DNA from: Raja brachyura | Lineage: Eukaryota | Direction of reading: 5' to 3' | NCBI GenBank assembly: GCA_963514005.1 | Contig: OY740792.1 | Coordinates: 27,430,765-27,468,000 of the forward strand | DNA length: 37,236 nucleotides | Part shown: positions 21,442-32,720 of the stretch, piece after piece | How the letters are laid out: each line of letters begins with the position of its first letter | Numbering within the stretch: position 1 is the first letter of the stretch | Translations under genes and position numbers: made by a program | Notes under the pieces: model-generated | Seen by the model: the letters and a program-made list of their open reading frames with translations, nothing else | Databases searched by the model: none | What the model was told of the DNA's origin: nothing

Positions 21442-22522
21442 AACATAGAAACATAGAAAAATAGGTGCAGGAGTAGGCCATTCGGCCCTTCGAGCCTGCG
21501 CCGCCATCACCGGCAAAGAACAGCCTGAACTGTTCTTACAAGTGAAGTTGTTCTTCATTAATTTAATATGTTCCCTGTCATTAAGGGGATATCTGCTGGC
21601 AGATACTGCGGAGCAATTGTAAACAATTATATCCAAGTACATACTTCCTCCCAGAAGTCGGAATATCTGGGCGTGGAAATGAATATCAAATATTCCAATA
21701 GAAACAAAGAAAAATAGGTGCAGGAGTAGGCCATTCAGCCCTTCGAGCCTGCGCCGCCATTCAATATGATCATGGCTGATCATCCAACTCAGTATCCCAT
21801 ACCTGCCTTCTCTCCATACCCCCTAATCCCTTTAGCCCCAAGAGCCACATCAAAATCCCTCTTGAATATAGCCAATGAACTGGCCTCAATGACCTTCTGT
21901 GGCAGAGAATTCCAGAGACTCACCACTCTCTGTGTAAAGAATGTTTTCCTCAACTCGGTCCTGAAGGAATTCCCCCTTATCCTTAGACTGTGACCCCTTG
22001 TTCTGGACTCCCCCAACATCGGGAACAATCTTCCTGCATCTAGCTTGTCCAACACCTTAAGAATTTTGTAAGTTTCTATGAGATCCCCCCTCAATCTTCT
22101 AAATTCCAGCGAGTACAAGCCGAGTCTATCCAATCTTTCCTCATATGAAAGTCCTGACATCCCAGGAATCAGTCTGGTGAATCTTCTCTGTACCCCCTCT
22201 ATGGCAAGGATGTCTTTCCTCAGATTTGGAGACCAAAACTGTACGCAATACTCCAGGTGTGGCCTCACCAAAACCCTGTACAACTGCAGTAGAACCTCCC
22301 TGCTCCTATACTCAAATCCTTTCGCTATCAATGCTAACATACCATTTGCTTTCTTCACTGCCTGCTGCACCTGCATGCCTACTTTCAATGACTGGTGTAC
22401 CATGACAGCCAGGTCTCGTTGCATCTCCCCTTTTCCTAATCTGCCACCATTCAGATAATAGTCTACCCTCATGTTTTTGCCACCAAAGTGGATAACCTCA
22501 CATTTATCCACATTATACTGCA
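21442..22522 (-). mobile_element. Composite insertion: CR1 3' 820 bp, 190 bp copy of the 14044-14235 flank, then a second 65-bp CR1 tail
   Basis: 21506-22522 is the reverse complement of 13220-14235. 21442-21507 reads ATGGCGGCGCAGGCTCGAAGGGCCGAATGGCCTACTCCTGCACCTATTTTTCTATGTTTCTATGTT on the minus strand. Confidence 0.95.
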
Positions 22523-23831
22523 ACATGAAGCAAGATTCAATGAGCAATGCATAGCTTATTATGAGATGCACAAGCTTATCGTATCATGTCAAAAACAGAA
22601 TGAGCTTACCATTTGACCCATCATATCTGTACAACCTCTTTATCGGAGCTGTCCAATTACTCCCACTTCACTGCTTTACATATATACAACAGGAGGTCTG
22701 CATTCAGATCACAATGCCTGTTAAGGATAATCAGACAAAATCTAATGCTTCCTACCCGCTTCAAGTGGATCTTCTCAATCTTCCCACTACTGTTGTGCAG
22801 TCATTCTGATTCTTCTAAATTTAAAGCACTTGAAATAATAAAAGTAAACATTAGATTTTTTTAAATGATGTTTACCATTCAGTCATTCAATCTGTAAAGC
22901 AAAACAAAATGTTCCAAAAGTCCTTTGCTAATTTTAGATTCTTTAATAGAGGGTGCAAAGTTTACAGACAATTAAAAGATGGCGGGTTCCCCAACTAATG
23001 TATTTTAGACAATTGATGGGCAATGCAAATATTTAAGTAGATCGTGGTAAATGGTTTGAGGAATGAATCCACAGTGGAGAAACAGGCCATTCAGCTCATC
23101 TAGACCATGTAGTGTTCTTCTGAAACACAATTATTTTACCCCCATTGCTGCCCCTCCATTTCCTTTTGTCCTCTGCAACCTTTCCTATAAAGTGATTAAT
23201 TTGTATCTACTTAATGCTCAAACAGCATAGCTAGCCTGTGCAAAGGAATTCCTCCTAAATATTTAAATAATAGCCATGTTATATTTATGATTTGTTCAAT
23301 ACTCACCCACAGGTTGATTGAAGAGTTCCAAAACTCAATGTAAACTTAGCGAGCACGGAAGATCCTAAACAGAAAGAAACTCTTGTTTACACAATGGTGA
23401 AACACTGTGAGTTGGTTAATGACATATGATCATCTTGATATCAACCATGTGGCTCAGAATGCAACCTGTTTTATATTATTAACGACAGCAGCAAAAAAAC
23501 AATCCAAGCTTCTTTACGCTTCTAGCCTTTTACTATTCTTCCTGATAGAATTAACTCATTATTTCGGGTTCTATTCATCCGTTCCCCTACCGAGAATCCA
23601 TCTGATCCCTAAGCATTTGATGTGGCAATGTATTGATAATTGGCTTAGATTTGCATTTCTAACTATGATATTCAACCGCAGATAGAACCCAACATAGAAT
23701 TTGATCTTGGAGTTCATACAGTCCTTGCTGCTCCAGCCTGGTAGGATGAAGAGGGCAAACTGGCTTAATGTACAGTAGAAAAAGTGTGATGGATCTATTG
23801 CTTGTACTGAAGCACTTGGATAATGGGCATT

Positions 23832-24190
23832 AAGTCAAGTTTACTGTTATATGCACAAGTACAGATGAGGTACGGGTACAATGAAAATCTTTGCAGCAGT
23901 ATCACAGGCACATAGACTCAGACAAGCAGAGCAAACATAAATTATCCATAAATTACACTTAATATTCTGTACAACAGTATAAAGAAAAAAAGACAATGTG
24001 AAAAAACAGGACATTTGTGAAAAACCCAATTATATTTAAAAAACAAGTCCACGACAGTGCAAGAGATAGTAAGTAGTGTTCCGTTGTCGAAGTTGGATTA
24101 GGGTTGTGTGCGTAGATTCAAGAGCCTGATGTTTGTAGGTAAGAATCTGTTCCTGATCCTGGTGGCATGGAACATTAGACTTCTGTACCA
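23832..24190 (-). mobile_element. LINE 3' end, probably Rex1/Babar-like
   Basis: TTCAAGAGCCTGATGTTTGTAGGTAAGAATCTGTTCCTGATCCTGGTGG (minus frame T.RIRNRFLPT.IRLLN) and a 3'UTR ending near AGTCAAGT. Confidence 0.5.
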
Positions 24191-24554
24191 TATTGTTATC
24201 ATTTCCACCTATATTGCAAAACACAAACAATTCTACTCACTCCATTGTAGATCCTTTCATTTGTGCAAATGCTGTAGCAGTTACATGAACACAAGAAAGA
24301 GAGACATCTGGAGGTCAGGTGTCCTCTTGAGCTTAGTCCATGTATCATGGCTGTTTTGGGCCTCGTCCACCCTTCTACCCAATCTCCTTCGATATTTTCT
24401 AACCCACTTCCAGTCATTGTCTGTCAGTCTGAAATTATTTGACTAATCCAGAAACTGTTGAGTCCAATTTCCCACTGCAACAGTTTGGGATTTTAAACTT
24501 AGTTTTTTTTTAATTTAGAAACTCAATCTGGTATCCATTAAATGAACCTGTCCA

Positions 24555-25584
24555 TCTATATTATACTAAAAGTCTTGTCATGTTTGTCTGTCTCTCTGAC
24601 TGTTTGTAAGATCAAGGAACGACGCCAAAACAGTACACAATAGCACAAACGTTTTTGCAGAATCTTACTTCACTTTTTCCCGTGGTCATTAGTATCAAGT
24701 TTATTCACATTTTATGTTATATTTCACAAGTTATTGATATTTAAAGTTTAAAAAAAGCCAACTTTGATAATAATAACTGCCTGTGAGAGTGAGACTTTTC
24801 TAGCAGCTTCCGGTGATGATGTCACAATAGCATCTCACAGTCGTCCAATCACAATGGGATCTCATTTACACAAACTGCCGTGAAGATTCCGAAAACGACA
24901 TCACAATGTGATCTCTACTGCCAATACAGAAGCTATGAGAGTTGACAGAGTGGGGGATGGGAGGGGTACATTTTTTATTTAAACGTTGTATTTAATGAGG
25001 GAGTGCGAAAGGGGAGAGGTGAGGGAGTGACTGAGGGTAGGGAAAAGGAGAGGTGACAGAGAGACAATGGGATCAGCAGCTTCAAGGAGAGTAAGGAGAG
25101 AGTGAGACTTTTGCCCCACATGGGAAGGATTGATTGCGTTGGGGGAACGGGTTGCGTTGAGGGAACGGGTGATAGGTGGATTATTGTGTTGGGGAAACAG
25201 GGCCCAACAGGTCAGGGGAGTAGAGAGGGATGAGGGGTTATGGAGGGTGGGAGGGAGTGACCGATGGTAGGGAATGATTGAGGGTAGGGGAAAGGAGAGG
25301 TGATGGAGGGAGTGGAGGAGGGGGAGGGAGTGTTAGGGGATGAGGGGAAATGAGCCGCACCTGCGCAGTTGGGGCTTATGGGTGAGTGGTGGAATATTGC
25401 ATTGGGCGAATGGGTTACATTGGGGGAACGGGTATTGGGGGTGATTGGCTCCGGGGGGCACCTGTCTCTGGGGTGAGCTCCGACGCCGCGCTCGGGGACC
25501 AACCCTCCCATGTGACGCCGCGCCCCCCCCCCCCCCCCCCCCGAATGTTGGGGGATGGGGCCCGACGGGTCACACCTGGTCTAG
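24555..25584 (+). mobile_element. Non-autonomous Helitron-like element D
   Basis: A|TCTATATTATACTAAAA start; end GGGGCCCGACGGGTCAC followed by ACCTGGTCTAG|T. Colinear with element C. Confidence 0.85.
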
Positions 25585-26097
25585 TTAGTCATAAAACCCT
25601 AATTGCTTCACTTACATTCTTCAAGGACAGAAACATGCTGTCCTCTGGCTTCTGTGTTATTCCACTCACACCAACATGGTTTATCTTGACATGCCTCTGA
25701 AGTTTCAAGAAGAATTCGGGATGACCTTAAACATCTGCCTTGTCAGCTACAATCACATTCTGAAAATCAATACAGATCCACCACCGATTTTCCAGCAATT
25801 GATGGTCTGGCACCTCCTTTAATGAGGACAAAATTATGAGAGCACACTTGAAATTCCCCCCAGGAAGTCCCCCTGAAAATGTGGTGCTTTCGCTGGATGA
25901 GGGGGCTGAACTCTATCTTATTGAGTGGAATATTAGGATATTGAGTGAATTCATTGTGGATTGTTGTTAGACCAAATGGATCACTTATAGAATACTAAGA
26001 GATTCAGGAAATAGGTTAACTTGAGAATGTTGTTATTGGATCGAAAATAGAGTGTTGAGGGATGGAGCATCGGTCATGATCTCCACCGTGATAGTGT

Positions 26098-26690
26098 TAC
26101 ATAGAAAATAGGTGCAGGAAGAGGCCATTCGGCCCTTCGAGCCAGCACCGCTATTCATTGTGATCATGTCTGATCGTCCCCTATCAATAACCCGTGCCTG
26201 CCTTCTCCCCATATCCCTTGACTCCACTAGCCCCTAGAGCTCTTTCTAACTCTCTCTTAAATCCATCCAGTGATTTGGCCTCCACTGCCCTCGGTGGCAG
26301 GGAATTCCATAAATTCACAACTCTCTGGGTGAAAACGTTTTTTTCTCACCTCAGTCTTAAATGACCTTCCATTTACTCTAAGACTGTGGCCCCTGGTTCT
26401 GGACTCGCCCAACATTGGGAACATTTTTCCTGCATCTAGCTTGTCCAGTCCTTTTATAATTTTATATGTTTCTATAAGATATCCCCTCATCCTTCTAAAC
26501 TCCAGTGAATACGAGCCTAGTTTTTTCAATCTTTCCTCATATGACAGTCCCGCCATCCCAGAAATCAATCTCGTGAACCTACGCTGCAGTGCCTCAATCA
26601 CAAGGATGTCCTTCCTCAAATTAGGAGACCAAAACTGTACACAATACTCCAGATGTGGTCTTACCAGAGCCCTATACAACTGCAGAAGAA
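26098..26690 (-). mobile_element. 5'-truncated CR1 3' fragment
   Basis: ORF 26257..26772 LLQLYRALVRPHLEYCVQFWSP...GESRTRGHSL; CR1 tail at 26098-26150. Confidence 0.92.
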
Positions 26691-27354
26691 ACTGTTCATG
26701 ACAGGATTGAGCCTGGTATATTGCCCGGATAAGTAGTGGTGTTAATAATAGAGAATTGCAAAGTATACACACACCAACTTTCCTGTATTATTTTGGTTCA
26801 AACTATACCTGTAAATCCTTGTACTTTTTTCTGCAATTGCAATTGACCAATTCTACTTTAGCAAATGAAAAACACACTACATGGTGAGCCAGATCAGATG
26901 AAAGATTCTCCAAGCATGGAGATAGCTCATGCTCCAGACCTATTTGTTAAGCAAAACACAACATCTGGCACAATTGTAAACACATGTGGAGGGATAATAA
27001 GATTTACATTCCCTTCACCTCTTCAAATATCAGAACCGTTTGTAAATTTCATGGTGGAACAATTGACATTTTCAAATATGCAGAGCTAAGTGTTCACAGT
27101 TCTCATTCTGCCAGTATGCATCTCTCTCCCTGGCATTCATAGCTGTCATAAATAATCTTTTAAATGTTTTGATTCTCATGTAAATTTTACACTCATCTTC
27201 AACATTGTGATAACATGAAAAAAAATTGTTCCACCCTTGAAGGAAAGAATCAAGGCATTTTTAAAATATGTTTTCTCAGTTCATACTGGAAACTTTCAAA
27301 GTCCTCTTGCAATCAACCCTGACTGCTTAAAGCAAATTCATAATTTATTTGGAA

Positions 27355-27577
27355 ACACAAGAGACTGCAGATGCTGGAATTCTGAGCAAAAAAACAAACT
27401 GCTGGAGGAACTCAGCAGGCCAGCCAACATTTGTAGTTGAAAATGAACAGATAATATTTCAGACTAGGACCCTTCAGACACTGTCAGAGTCGGTCCCAGT
27501 GAAGCATTGTCTGTTCATTTCTCTCCGCAGATGCTGCATGACCTTCCGAATTTCTCCAGCACTTTTCTTTTGCTCAT
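27355..27577. mobile_element. Palindromic element made of two inverted Penelope pLTR halves
   Basis: TGAGCAAAA...TGCTGGAGGAACTC...AAATGAACAGA versus CTGTTCATTT...GAATTTCTCCAGCA...TTTTGCTCA. Confidence 0.7.
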
Positions 27578-28974
27578 CAGAAGAACAATCACATGACACA
27601 AAATCAAAGTAATAACCAGCTCCTGTAAACAAGAGTGAATACTTTCAGTTGACATTACCAAATTGCTCATTGTCCACATCCTTAGGATTACATGAACCAG
27701 AAACTTCAATACTATGGCTTTAAAACCAATCAGAGCCTGTGTACAAGTACTGAAATGACTCCTTAAATGACTCACCTCCTGAATTCCCAAAGCCTTTCCA
27801 CCATTTAGAGATTTAGATTGTTAAAGCATACTCTCTATTAGGACAAGGGCAGAAGGCATATGGAGTATGTCACAAGCTGCAAATTCTCTCCCGATGCAAA
27901 GGTCCTTCTTATCATGAGGTCTAAGTTATCATCCACCAGGATTGAACCCTAAAATATATTGCTGGAGCTTCAGTGGATGTCTTAGTCTCTGCTCTTTATT
28001 CTGTATCTGAGGACCTGCCAATCGAAGGTTATTCAAAGCCAAGTATCACTGTGTTGGAAATACCCCCCCTTTGAAAGTATGAGCACAAGTTTTAGCTTTG
28101 ACGGGGTTTGGTCAGACATGATCCACGGCAACTGATAATTGGGCACTTAATTGGGCACCATTGCCAAAGTGGAATTTGAATATTCACCTCCCTGCACAAC
28201 TTTAAAGCAAAATTTGTGAATCAATGGATCAAATAACATCGGAGCCCACTCAGCCCAATTCACATCGCTGTTGGCACAAGCTATCTAATGAATCTCATTC
28301 CCTTGCTCTTTGATCCTTGCATTTTTTGTCAAGTATTTATTCAGTTCTGTCTTGAAAACCACCATTGAATAACCTTCTACTACCCTTTCAGGCAACACAC
28401 TCCACAACAACTTACTCTGTAGAAGAAGCATTTCCTCATGTTTCCCCGAATCTATTTCCCGTCATTCTATGTTCTCTGGTTACCAATCCCTCCATCACTG
28501 GAAACAATTTATCCTTAATTATTAAAACCATCCATGATGCTAAACATTTCTATTGAAAGCCATGTGTCCTTCACTTAAACAAAGGGCTTTGGAAGTTATT
28601 CCATTTACACTTTTAATTGAGGTTTTGCCAAACAACTTTCTTCCTTTGATCTGCTTTATCTCTTCCTGCTGTCTTTTTTATGATTGTACTTTATAAATCA
28701 TATACCCAAGTCTTGGCCCAAGCAAGGATGGATCTAGTATTATATTACACAGTCTATCTTATGGTTGCAGACACCTGGCAATGTCTCTGCCTCTCTCTTC
28801 TTTAGTCTAGAAGGGGCAATTACAAAATGGAGAAACAATGACAAAAGCTGAACCACAACATTTGATGGGTCTGTGTCATTAAACAGTGAGACATTTTATT
28901 AGCAAATTCTGTCTCTCGCACATTTGATGTCTCTCGTCTAAATTTGTGGAATTGAAATCCTCTATTTAACTAAT

Positions 28975-29538
28975 ATTGCCTTATGAGGAAAGGTTTGAAG
29001 GGTCAGGTTTCAGAAAAGTGAGAGGAGACTTGGTTGAAAGATATAAGATCCTTACAGGTATTAAGAGGATAGGTATAGAGGGGATGTTCACTCGACCAAT
29101 GCTCATAATAAGCAAGTTGTCTAATAGAGAAAGGTTAGATCGGCTGGGCTTGTATTCGTTGGAAGAAGAGAACAGTGAAATCACTTGATTTGATGAAAAT
29201 AAATAAGATCCTGAGCAGTTTTGAAGGGTAGATTTGAAGATGGATCTCCTCTCAAGGGAGAATCTGTAACTAGCTAGCACTGTTTAAAAATATTAGATAC
29301 ACATCTTCAAGACTGAGATAATATATATTTTTCTCTCAAAGGATCACGAGCATTTAGAATTTTCTTCATGAAAGAAAGCAGTCTCTCTGAATATTCTTAA
29401 CGCAGAGGTTCTTAATGTTCTTCTTAAAAGGGTGAAAGACTACCATAAGTACATGGGAAACAGCACATCGGGCGTGATTTAGATAAGAAGGCAGAACTCG
29501 ACAGGCCAAATGGCCTCCTGCTCCCAATTTATGGCTTA
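28975..29538 (+). mobile_element. Two abutting degraded CR1 3' fragments
   Basis: YEERF...RGDLVERYKIL and ERLDRLGLYSLE; tail GGCCAAATGGCCTCCTGCTCCC. Confidence 0.7.
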
Positions 29539-29799
29539 AGAGTAGTATTTTCACACATCCGCCTTCTCTTTAATGTCTTCAGTGTCTTTGCTTGACCACT
29601 GGGGATGGGGCAGAAAGTAGTAAAGGCTTGGCTTGAATTTCTAGGAGACGTGTTACTCTCCATTGATAAGGGCCGGATTTTACTCATTCCTGCATCAGAC
29701 TAAGGCCTTGATGAGATGTATTCCCCAGCTCACTGATCCCCCCAATCTGGCTTCACTTTTCTGGTTGGCTCAGGGTATCTCAGTCTTGCATCTGATCGG

Positions 29800-29945
29800 A
29801 AAGTGACAGATACTTGATTAGTAAGGATGTTAAGGGTTATTGGGAGAAGGCAGGAGAATGGGATTGGAAAGGAAAAATAGGTCAGCCTTGGAGTAGACTC
29901 GATGGGCTGAATGGCCTAATTCTGCTCCTATGACTTATGAACTTA
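29800..29945 (+). mobile_element. Short CR1 3' tail
   Basis: GGAGAAGGCAGGAGAATGGG...GGAGTAGACTCGATGGGCTGAATGGCCTAATTCTGCTCCTATGACTTATGA. Confidence 0.8.
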
Positions 29946-30154
29946 CCTGAAGGATGACACCTCAGCACTTCCACAGGATTGCACTCAAGTGCCAGCTCAT
30001 TGACATGTCATCAAGTCCCAATCCAGGGCTTGATCTTGGGAGATATGGTATAAAAGTGAATGAGCTTGTAACCCAAGGGTGAGGGTTCAAACCACAGCAA
30101 ATGGGAAACGTAAACTGAGTTAATAAAATACTATCATTGGAGAAGGTAGGTAAA

Positions 30155-30262
30155 ACAAAACACAAAGTGCTGGAATAACTCAGTGGATTAGGCAGCATCA
30201 AGTCAGGATTCTGCCTGACCTACTGCAGAGACCTACCTGCATCTGCAGTTCCTTGCATCTAG
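30155..30262. mobile_element. Short inverted Penelope pLTR element
   Basis: CACAAAGTGCTGGAATAACTCAG...AGGCAGCATC versus CTGCCTGACC...GCATCTGCAGTTCCTTG. Confidence 0.6.
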
Positions 30263-30879
30263 TTGGAGAAAGTGATCGACATTGTCATGAAGACCCATCT
30301 ACTTCATTCATAACCTGCAGGTATGGAAATCTGACACCCTGCTCTTCAATATAGCCAAATAATTGGCTCAACTGCTGACTGAAGTGGTCCAGCAAGCTGT
30401 TCTGTTCAAGGGCTGCAAAGGATTTCCAGCAATTGATGGGTTCATCAGTGAAGCTTCAATCCATGAATGAAATAATTAAATCCTCGGAGTCAGAGGCAGG
30501 AGCAGTGGCAATGAGTCATGCATTATTCTCTTTACATAATTGCCAACTCTCCACTATTGTTTTCCATTTCCTTGACATTCCCAGGGTCTTTGAAACACGT
30601 CTGGATCTTAACTCTGCCTTATTGCTAGGGTGGGAAAGAGCAAATACAATACATTGTGAAATCAAGAAAACCACCCTTCCCTCATGGACAAAGTGCATGG
30701 ACAACCTTCTGAAACCTTTCAGCCCAGATTCCTAACCCTCCAAGTTTCACTTCATGGATAAACCACAATTACCTCCTGCTTAGCACCTCAGCTTCCAGTA
30801 TGTTTACATCACTTACCCAACCTGGTATGAAACCATCCCACTTTAGTTCAAGAGCTTGCTCTAAAGCTTCTCAAAGGGA

Positions 30880-31220
30880 TTTACATACAATCAGTGAATA
30901 TATTTGCAGATTTCTTAATGTGAAGCAATGAAGTCCAACGGTGTTTCATAGAGATTATTTTTCTTTTAATTGAACAGTGAGCTACATCAGGAAATAGTGG
31001 ATGATCAAGCCCTTGGCCAAAAAAATCAGTCCTAAGAATGGTGAAGTAGAGATCTGCATGTTTGTGAAGAGAATTCCAGAGCTAAGGCCCTTAGCAACTG
31101 AGGGCACAAGCTGTTTAAGATCAGGGACTGTTTAAGAACTGTTTAAGATCAGGGATGACCTAATGGCTAGAATTGAAAGAACCCAAGTATTTTGGGAGGG
31201 TTGTATGTTTAGAGGATATG
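30880..31220 (-). mobile_element. Old L2-like LINE 3' end
   Basis: GAATTCCAGAGCTAAGGCCCTTAGCAACTGAGGGCAC resembles the reverse complement of the fragment at 33990-34035. Confidence 0.4.
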
Positions 31221-31525
31221 TCTGTGAATACTACTGCTGGCTGGTTGGCACAGCTAGCAGGAGTATTTCAACGAACACAGTGACAAACAGGATGAAGTAA
31301 AGAAGTTACATGTTGGGTTTTCCCTGTTGGTCCTTGGTTGGGTATGCCCTTTGTAACCATGGTTCGATATGGGTGCACAGTTCTTTTATTATATTAAACT
31401 CATTTGAAATTGATACTTCAAATTAAAGAAGTATAAATAATATACTTCGAACACAATTCCCAATTTGGACAACTTCATACTGCACAGATATTGAGTGGTC
31501 TCTCTTTAGTGTTCATGATCAATCT

Positions 31526-31532
31526 TATAAAG
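31526..31532 (+). promoter_or_regulatory. Candidate TATA box for the claudin gene
   Basis: TATAAAG starting 38 bp before the first in-frame ATG (31564); the region is AT-rich, so chance occurrence is possible. Confidence 0.3.
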
Positions 31533-31797
31533 TTACATTAAGCAAAAGCATTGTTTAAAACTAATGTGTGCTATTGATTGCAGGTATTCCATTCCAAGTT
31601 CCCCTCGAAGAAGCACCATGTGTACATACAGTAGAAGCAGTAAAGAGGGAATGCCAAGAGCTCGCAGCGACCTCAGTCCTCCTCCTCGGGTTCAAGTTTC
31701 AGAAGAGCTGTCCCCTAATAAGGAGCAGATGTACACAGTCGTTGAGCCATGCCTTGCAGGAGCTGAAAAGGCTTTCATTGAAGATAGGGACAACAGG

Positions 31798-32448
31798 ATG
31801 AAGTCAAGAAGTTGTGTATTTCAATGTGTAGGATTTTGTCTATCGTTCCTTGGTTGGATGTGCTCTTTGGCAACCACGGTTCTACGCGATTGGATGTCAA
31901 TGAACAATGACTTAGTGTTGACAGAGGAGTTCTCTATTGGCATCTGGGAGATGTGCGTTGCTCAAGAGGAAGGGAATGTCCAGTGCAAGGCCTACGATAG
32001 TCTCTTCACACTACCAGAGGACATTCAACTGGCTCGAATCTTCATGTGCACGTCCATTGCCTTTGGCCTGCTGAGCTTGGTGCTCTCCCTGTCCGGGTCG
32101 ACATCTGTCACCTGCTGTGGTGATGATAATGCCAAAAAGGGGAGGTTAATGGTCTGCGGTGGAGTCCTAGCTATTCTGGCTGGAGTTACGACCCTCATCC
32201 CAGTGTCCTACGTAGCCCACTTGACAGTGCTGAAGTTCTGGAATGATGACATCCCCGATTTTGTCCCACGTTGGGAGTTTGGCCAGGCTTTGTTTGTTGG
32301 TTGGGCTGGTGGCTTTCTTCTGTTGCCCGGTGGTCTTTTGCTGATCATTGCCCAGTGTTGCTTCAGAAAACCCAAGAGCAAATTTCAACTGAAGCCACCA
32401 TTACAAACTGCGAGGAGACAACTGTGGTATAAAGTGGAGTACGTCTAA
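31798..32448 (+). CDS. Intronless claudin, claudin-22/24-like (216 aa from the family-typical start)
   Basis: Four hydrophobic segments, ECL1 signature W...GIW..C...C, ECL2 FWNDDIPDFVPRWEFGQALFVGW (the PDFVPRWEFG motif typifies CLDN22/24), C-terminal EYV. ORF is open upstream to 31564. Confidence 0.93.
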   Translation: MKSRSCVFQCVGFCLSFLGWMCSLATTVLRDWMSMNNDLVLTEEFSIGIWEMCVAQEEGNVQCKAYDSLFTLPEDIQLARIFMCTSIAFGLLSLVLSLSGSTSVTCCGDDNAKKGRLMVCGGVLAILAGVTTLIPVSYVAHLTVLKFWNDDIPDFVPRWEFGQALFVGWAGGFLLLPGGLLLIIAQCCFRKPKSKFQLKPPLQTARRQLWYKVEYV

Positions 32449-32674
32449 GTGTAAACATGGTCTCCTTTACAATGCAGTTAGCCTAAACTTCCTCTTAGTT
32501 TGTGACGGCATATTAAACTGTCACAGGGCCAACCACCGTTTGGACATTCAATAGCACCCGAGCTCCAAGGCCTCGGGCGCTACTGAATTGGCCCTATCCA
32601 AGGACAAGTTCTTTTCCCCAGTGCATTGAAAATGTTGTCCAGGCCCAGGCATTCACAGGAGAGAGAGATCCAAG

Positions 32675-32720
32675 GGAGGGGAGGGCGGGTGGGGGGGGGG
32701 GGGGGGGTGGGGGGGGTGCG
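32675..32720 (+). repeat. Poly-G tract with G-quadruplex potential downstream of the claudin stop
   Basis: Many consecutive G runs of 3 to 18 bases. Confidence 0.7.

Noticed and set aside
13958-21783. Pair of near-identical 117/118-aa ORFs (13958..14311 and 21427..21783) as duplicated genes
   Set aside because: They are CR1 3'UTR plus flank read-through produced by the inverted duplication; no splice or domain evidence.
12747-26701. Antisense ORFs over CR1 copies (12747..13271, 13284..13532, 22078..22458, 26441..26701)
   Set aside because: Shadow frames of the LINE coding strand.
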